The notes under the pieces were generated by a model. The model saw nothing but the letters and a program-made list of their open reading frames with translations, had not been told where the DNA came from and searched no databases. A stretch of DNA of 44,174 bases from a virus: the IMG/VR virus record IMGVR_UViG_3300012683_000006, positions 1 to 44,174 of that record, one strand, 5' to 3'. This document shows, one piece after another, positions 41,320-44,174 of the stretch. A program made the translations under genes and the position numbers. Position 1 is the stretch's first letter. Each line of letters opens with the position of its first letter.

Positions 41320-41958
41320 CTAGACGGTGGCGGGCACCCGCTTAAGGGCCGTGTTCTCCGCTTGGAGCTTCTCGATCAGCCCGCGCTGGCGTTCGTTCTG
41401 ATCCTTCAGATCTTTGAACTCTGTCTCGAGCGCCGTCAGGCGGGCGACCGCCGCGCCGATGGATTGGCTCTCCTCGAGCCAGTTCTTCGCCTTCCGCTGG
41501 AGCTCCACGATGCCCATGCCGAAGCGGGCCTTGCCCTCCTCATTGAGGGCAGCGAGGTCCTCGACTGTGTGGATATTGAGCGCGATGAGGTTGGTGATCT
41601 GGGCCGGGCTCAGAGGCGGCCAAGTCTTGATCGGTGTGCCGTTGAGGGGGAGATCTTCCCCTTTCTTGTACTTGTCATAGGCCCGCTTGTAGGAGTCAAC
41701 GAAGACATCAGGGATGCGGCCCTCTTGAACTTGGGTGTCGAGGTAGTCCAGCCAGCCTTGGTTGATGATAACACCCTGCTCGTTTCGTGTCGATTCCACC
41801 TCGCGCACGATGACATCCTTCGACCCGGGCGGCGTGATCAGGGCGTAGATAATGTCCCGCCCGACGAAGTGCCCTGCCTTGAGGCTCGCGTTGCGATCCT
41901 CAATAACTCGCTTCTCAAACCGCACGTAGGCGGGCCGTTCCTTCATCATCTCAGCCAT
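41320..41958 (-). CDS. Hypothetical virion protein with C-terminal coiled coil, 212 aa
   Basis: GGAAGGAG RBS. First gene after the capsid terminator. Confidence 0.5.
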   Translation of the reverse strand: MAEMMKERPAYVRFEKRVIEDRNASLKAGHFVGRDIIYALITPPGSKDVIVREVESTRNEQGVIINQGWLDYLDTQVQEGRIPDVFVDSYKRAYDKYKKGEDLPLNGTPIKTWPPLSPAQITNLIALNIHTVEDLAALNEEGKARFGMGIVELQRKAKNWLEESQSIGAAVARLTALETEFKDLKDQNERQRGLIEKLQAENTALKRVPATV

Positions 41959-41980
41959 TGGAGTGTCGCTCCTTCCAGAG

Positions 41981-42010
41981 TTAGAAAACCAGAGGGCCGA
42001 AGCCCTCCGG
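41981..42010 (-). terminator. Intrinsic terminator after the capsid/decoration genes
   Basis: Minus-strand RNA CCGGAGGGC-UUCG-GCCCUCUGG followed by UUUUCU. Confidence 0.65.
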
Positions 42011-42021
42011 GGTTGATACTG

Positions 42022-42738
42022 CTATGTGATCTGACCTTGGCTGAACGGATATGCGATCTGGCAGACCGAATATCCTGTCCACGTTCCAGTCAGGGTGATG
42101 CTACCCGTCGCGGTGGAGTTCTTGTCGCCAAGCGTCCCCACAGCGGAGCCGGTGTAGACCGTCCGCCCGTCCGGGTCGAGCTTCGCCACAACGGTCGAGG
42201 CAGGAATCCCTGTCCCCGACAGTGCCGCCCCAAGGAACAGGCCATCGTACCCGTTCGTCAGGAGCACACCATTCCCGTTCGTGGTCTGGGTGTTGGCGAA
42301 GGTCTTGGTGCCGGTCTGCGAGAGGCGGTTGCGGACGTTGACGATCTGCTTGCCCGCGGCGAAAGCCCCAATGGTCCCCACGCCCGTCAGCCCGACGCTC
42401 GCATCCGCCGCCACCGTGGCCGAGGCCACAATGGGCGTCAGCCCCACGAGCATGAACCATCCGAAGGTGAGGGTTGCCATCTTAGCCATGGCGACACAAG
42501 CAGGGAAGCCCTGATTCGCCGCGTTGGGCATCCCGACCGCGAGGAAGGTCTCGTCGAGCACGCACAGGAGGCGGGTCGCAATGGCACCCGACGCCTTTGC
42601 ATAGACGAACTCCCCCCATCCCCAGTAGGGATCGACGGCGCTCTGTTTCGTTCCCAGCGCGAAGCGTTGGGTCGTGTCCGGAATGAACCAGTCGTTGAAG
42701 GGCTGGTTGCCCGCCGGAGTGTTGAGTGCAGCATACAT
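42022..42738 (-). CDS. Putative capsid decoration / cement protein, 238 aa
   Basis: GGAGAAACCAAG-ATG at 42738. Beta-rich Thr/Gly/Ala sequence. Immediately follows the major capsid gene. The longer ORF-track start overlaps that gene. Confidence 0.45.
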   Translation of the reverse strand: MYAALNTPAGNQPFNDWFIPDTTQRFALGTKQSAVDPYWGWGEFVYAKASGAIATRLLCVLDETFLAVGMPNAANQGFPACVAMAKMATLTFGWFMLVGLTPIVASATVAADASVGLTGVGTIGAFAAGKQIVNVRNRLSQTGTKTFANTQTTNGNGVLLTNGYDGLFLGAALSGTGIPASTVVAKLDPDGRTVYTGSAVGTLGDKNSTATGSITLTGTWTGYSVCQIAYPFSQGQIT

Positions 42739-42773
42739 CTTGGTTTCTCCTTGAAAAGGTTGGCGGGCGCGGG

Positions 42774-43760
42774 CTATGCCTTCAGCACGGCTTGCAGCCG
42801 CCTGTTGGACACGACGAGGTTGCCCTGCCAGATCACCGGGATCACGGTGCCGTCCTGGTTGTAGGGGCGCACTCCGCCCTCTCCATCCAATGGCGTCATA
42901 TCCGCGTCCTCGTGGACCACGAGCTCGAAGTAGTCCGTGTTGAGCATGTAGCCATGGCTGGTCGGGATGCCCGAACCGCCGTCGAAGATCACAGTGGCGT
43001 CCTTGTACTTCATGCTCGTGAAGCCCGCGTTGATCGCCCCGGCGCCCTCCTCGACATACCGCTTCAGCGAGACCTGCGAGAGCTCGAAGAAGGTGAAGTA
43101 GTCGTTCGAGAGGACAATGAGGTTGGGCTTGTCGTCCCCGCGGACTTGGTTCAGCCACGCCCCCAGCAGGAACGACTCGAAGGTCGTTGCCGAGAGGGTG
43201 ATGGCGCCACCGCCTTGGAGAGGGGACGCTGCGGACTGCACGGCGCATTGCCAGAACGGGAAGGCGCTGGAGTCAATCCCGCCCACGGTCCCAGTCCCCG
43301 CATCCGCAACCAGCGCTTGGAGCCCGTTGACTTGGTTGGTCAGCGTCCCATCGCTGTACACATCAGCGCTGAAGTTGTTCTTGAACGTGCGGATCGAGTT
43401 CTTGATCCTGGCCTTGACCAGATTGATAAGCCTGGCCTGCCCTTTGTTGATCCGCATGGTCAGCCCGTCCGCCACCACATTGACGGCGATCTGCTTCCAG
43501 GGAAACTCCGCCGCGGAGATGACATCGCTCTGCGACACGTTCAGCACGTCGAAACCGCTATACCTCTGATAGGTCGAATTCGCGGCGTAGTCCAGCGGCG
43601 CGACAATGCTAAGCCCGCCGTCCTCCTTCCGCGTCCTGCCGCTCCTGCTGAGATACGCCAGCAGGGCGTTATTCTTGGAGATGTTGTCCTTGATTTCCGT
43701 CGCGTGGTTGCGGAAGGTCGTGGACACCAACTCCGTAAAGGTCGTGTTGGGTGAGGCCAT
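42774..43760 (-). CDS. Major capsid protein (HK97-fold, P22-coat-like family), 328 aa
   Basis: Position after the scaffold gene. Motifs GGLSIVAPLDY, AAEFPWKQ, INLVKARI, PNLIVLSNDYF and GYMLNTDYFELV. Confidence 0.75.
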   Translation of the reverse strand: MASPNTTFTELVSTTFRNHATEIKDNISKNNALLAYLSRSGRTRKEDGGLSIVAPLDYAANSTYQRYSGFDVLNVSQSDVISAAEFPWKQIAVNVVADGLTMRINKGQARLINLVKARIKNSIRTFKNNFSADVYSDGTLTNQVNGLQALVADAGTGTVGGIDSSAFPFWQCAVQSAASPLQGGGAITLSATTFESFLLGAWLNQVRGDDKPNLIVLSNDYFTFFELSQVSLKRYVEEGAGAINAGFTSMKYKDATVIFDGGSGIPTSHGYMLNTDYFELVVHEDADMTPLDGEGGVRPYNQDGTVIPVIWQGNLVVSNRRLQAVLKA

Positions 43761-43774
43761 GACACCTTATCCTT

Positions 43775-44051
43775 TCATTTTCGGTTCTCGATTGCAGCGG
43801 CGGTGACGGCGAGTTCTTCCTCCCATCCCCCTTTCGCTGCGCCTGTTGCTTTGTCCGTGGGCTTGCCCCGGACGTTTGCTAGCCTCGCCTTGTTTGCTAC
43901 CTGTGCAGCGGCCTCGCGTTCCTTCCGTGCCTTGTCTGCGTTCTCCTTGTTGAGGAGTTCGATAGCCTTGGCTCGGGTGGTCGGGTTGGCCCAGACAGCT
44001 TGATCATACGCATCCTGAAGGGACAGGTTCCTGTCCGCGTTGAGCAATCGC
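43775..44051 (-). CDS. Scaffolding protein, 3' portion (continues from 707-1 through the repeat)
   Basis: Same frame as the 1-707 minus-strand ORF once the 123-bp overlap is collapsed. The ORF-track entry 43775-44158 is the internal-Met view of it. Confidence 0.6.
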
Positions 44052-44174
44052 ACGATGTGATCGGCGACGGCATCAAAGTGAGGATGCGCTGGATCGGCGG
44101 CGAAAGCCGCGACTTCCTTGTCAATCCCACTCCGCTTCTCAGCGATTTGAGACTGCATGAAACCTTTGAGGTTC
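44052..44174. repeat. Terminal direct repeat, copy 2
   Basis: Identical to nt 1-123. Confidence 0.95.

Noticed and set aside
39038-42864. Very long plus-strand ORFs (39038-40633, 531 aa; 40678-42864, 728 aa) opposite the tail and capsid genes.
   Set aside because: They have typical high-GC antisense composition, rich in Arg, Gly, Pro and Glu. They overlap several well-formed, coupled minus-strand genes, and they run against the operon direction.
1-44174. Search for tRNA or rRNA genes, CRISPR arrays, an integrase/attP, a DGR (reverse transcriptase plus TR/VR) or a retron.
   Set aside because: The few non-coding gaps show no cloverleaf-like sequences, and there are no spaced direct repeats. 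No recombinase or reverse transcriptase motifs appear in any ORF. A computational scan (tRNAscan-SE, minced, HMMs) is still advisable.

Overview
The window is a complete, circularly closed phage genome. Nt 1-123 repeat exactly at 44052-44174, giving a unique length of 44,051 bp. It is GC-rich by eye (not computed) and densely coded, with a podovirus-like gene set and probably a Gram-negative host.

Two convergent arms meet tail-to-tail at about 29.24 kb.
- The plus-strand early/replication arm runs from about 10.4 to 29.2 kb. It holds many small genes, a Cas4-like PD-(D/E)XK nuclease, a Sak4-like ATPase and an SSB-like protein. It also holds a ParB-methyltransferase fusion, a UDG-domain family A DNA polymerase split over two reading frames, and a helicase-like P-loop protein.
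- The minus-strand late arm runs from 10.1 kb down through the contig junction to 29.2 kb. In order it encodes a small-terminase-like protein, TerL, portal and a 4.3-kb accessory island. These are followed by scaffold (wrapping the contig ends), major capsid, decoration protein, tail and ejection proteins, tail fibre, lysis-type genes and a run of exported or membrane proteins.

I saw no integrase, tRNA, rRNA, CRISPR array, reverse transcriptase or phage RNA polymerase.

Items most worth a second look:
- A 340-bp iteron-bearing palindrome around an AT-rich core in a 600-bp ORF-free gap, a candidate origin.
- A four-copy element with the palindromic core TATGATAYCATA.
- Promoters positioned to give leaderless mRNAs.
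- A tail-fibre gene with no canonical start codon, in frame with the upstream gene across a single TAG.
- The split polymerase.
- A PagP-like beta-barrel ORF without a signal peptide, next to a lysis cassette that lacks any classical endolysin and has a DUF5675-like protein instead.
- A GNAT acetyltransferase inside the tail/ejection module.
- The portal-to-scaffold accessory island.

All functional calls rest on motifs read by eye and remembered family signatures. No database search was run.
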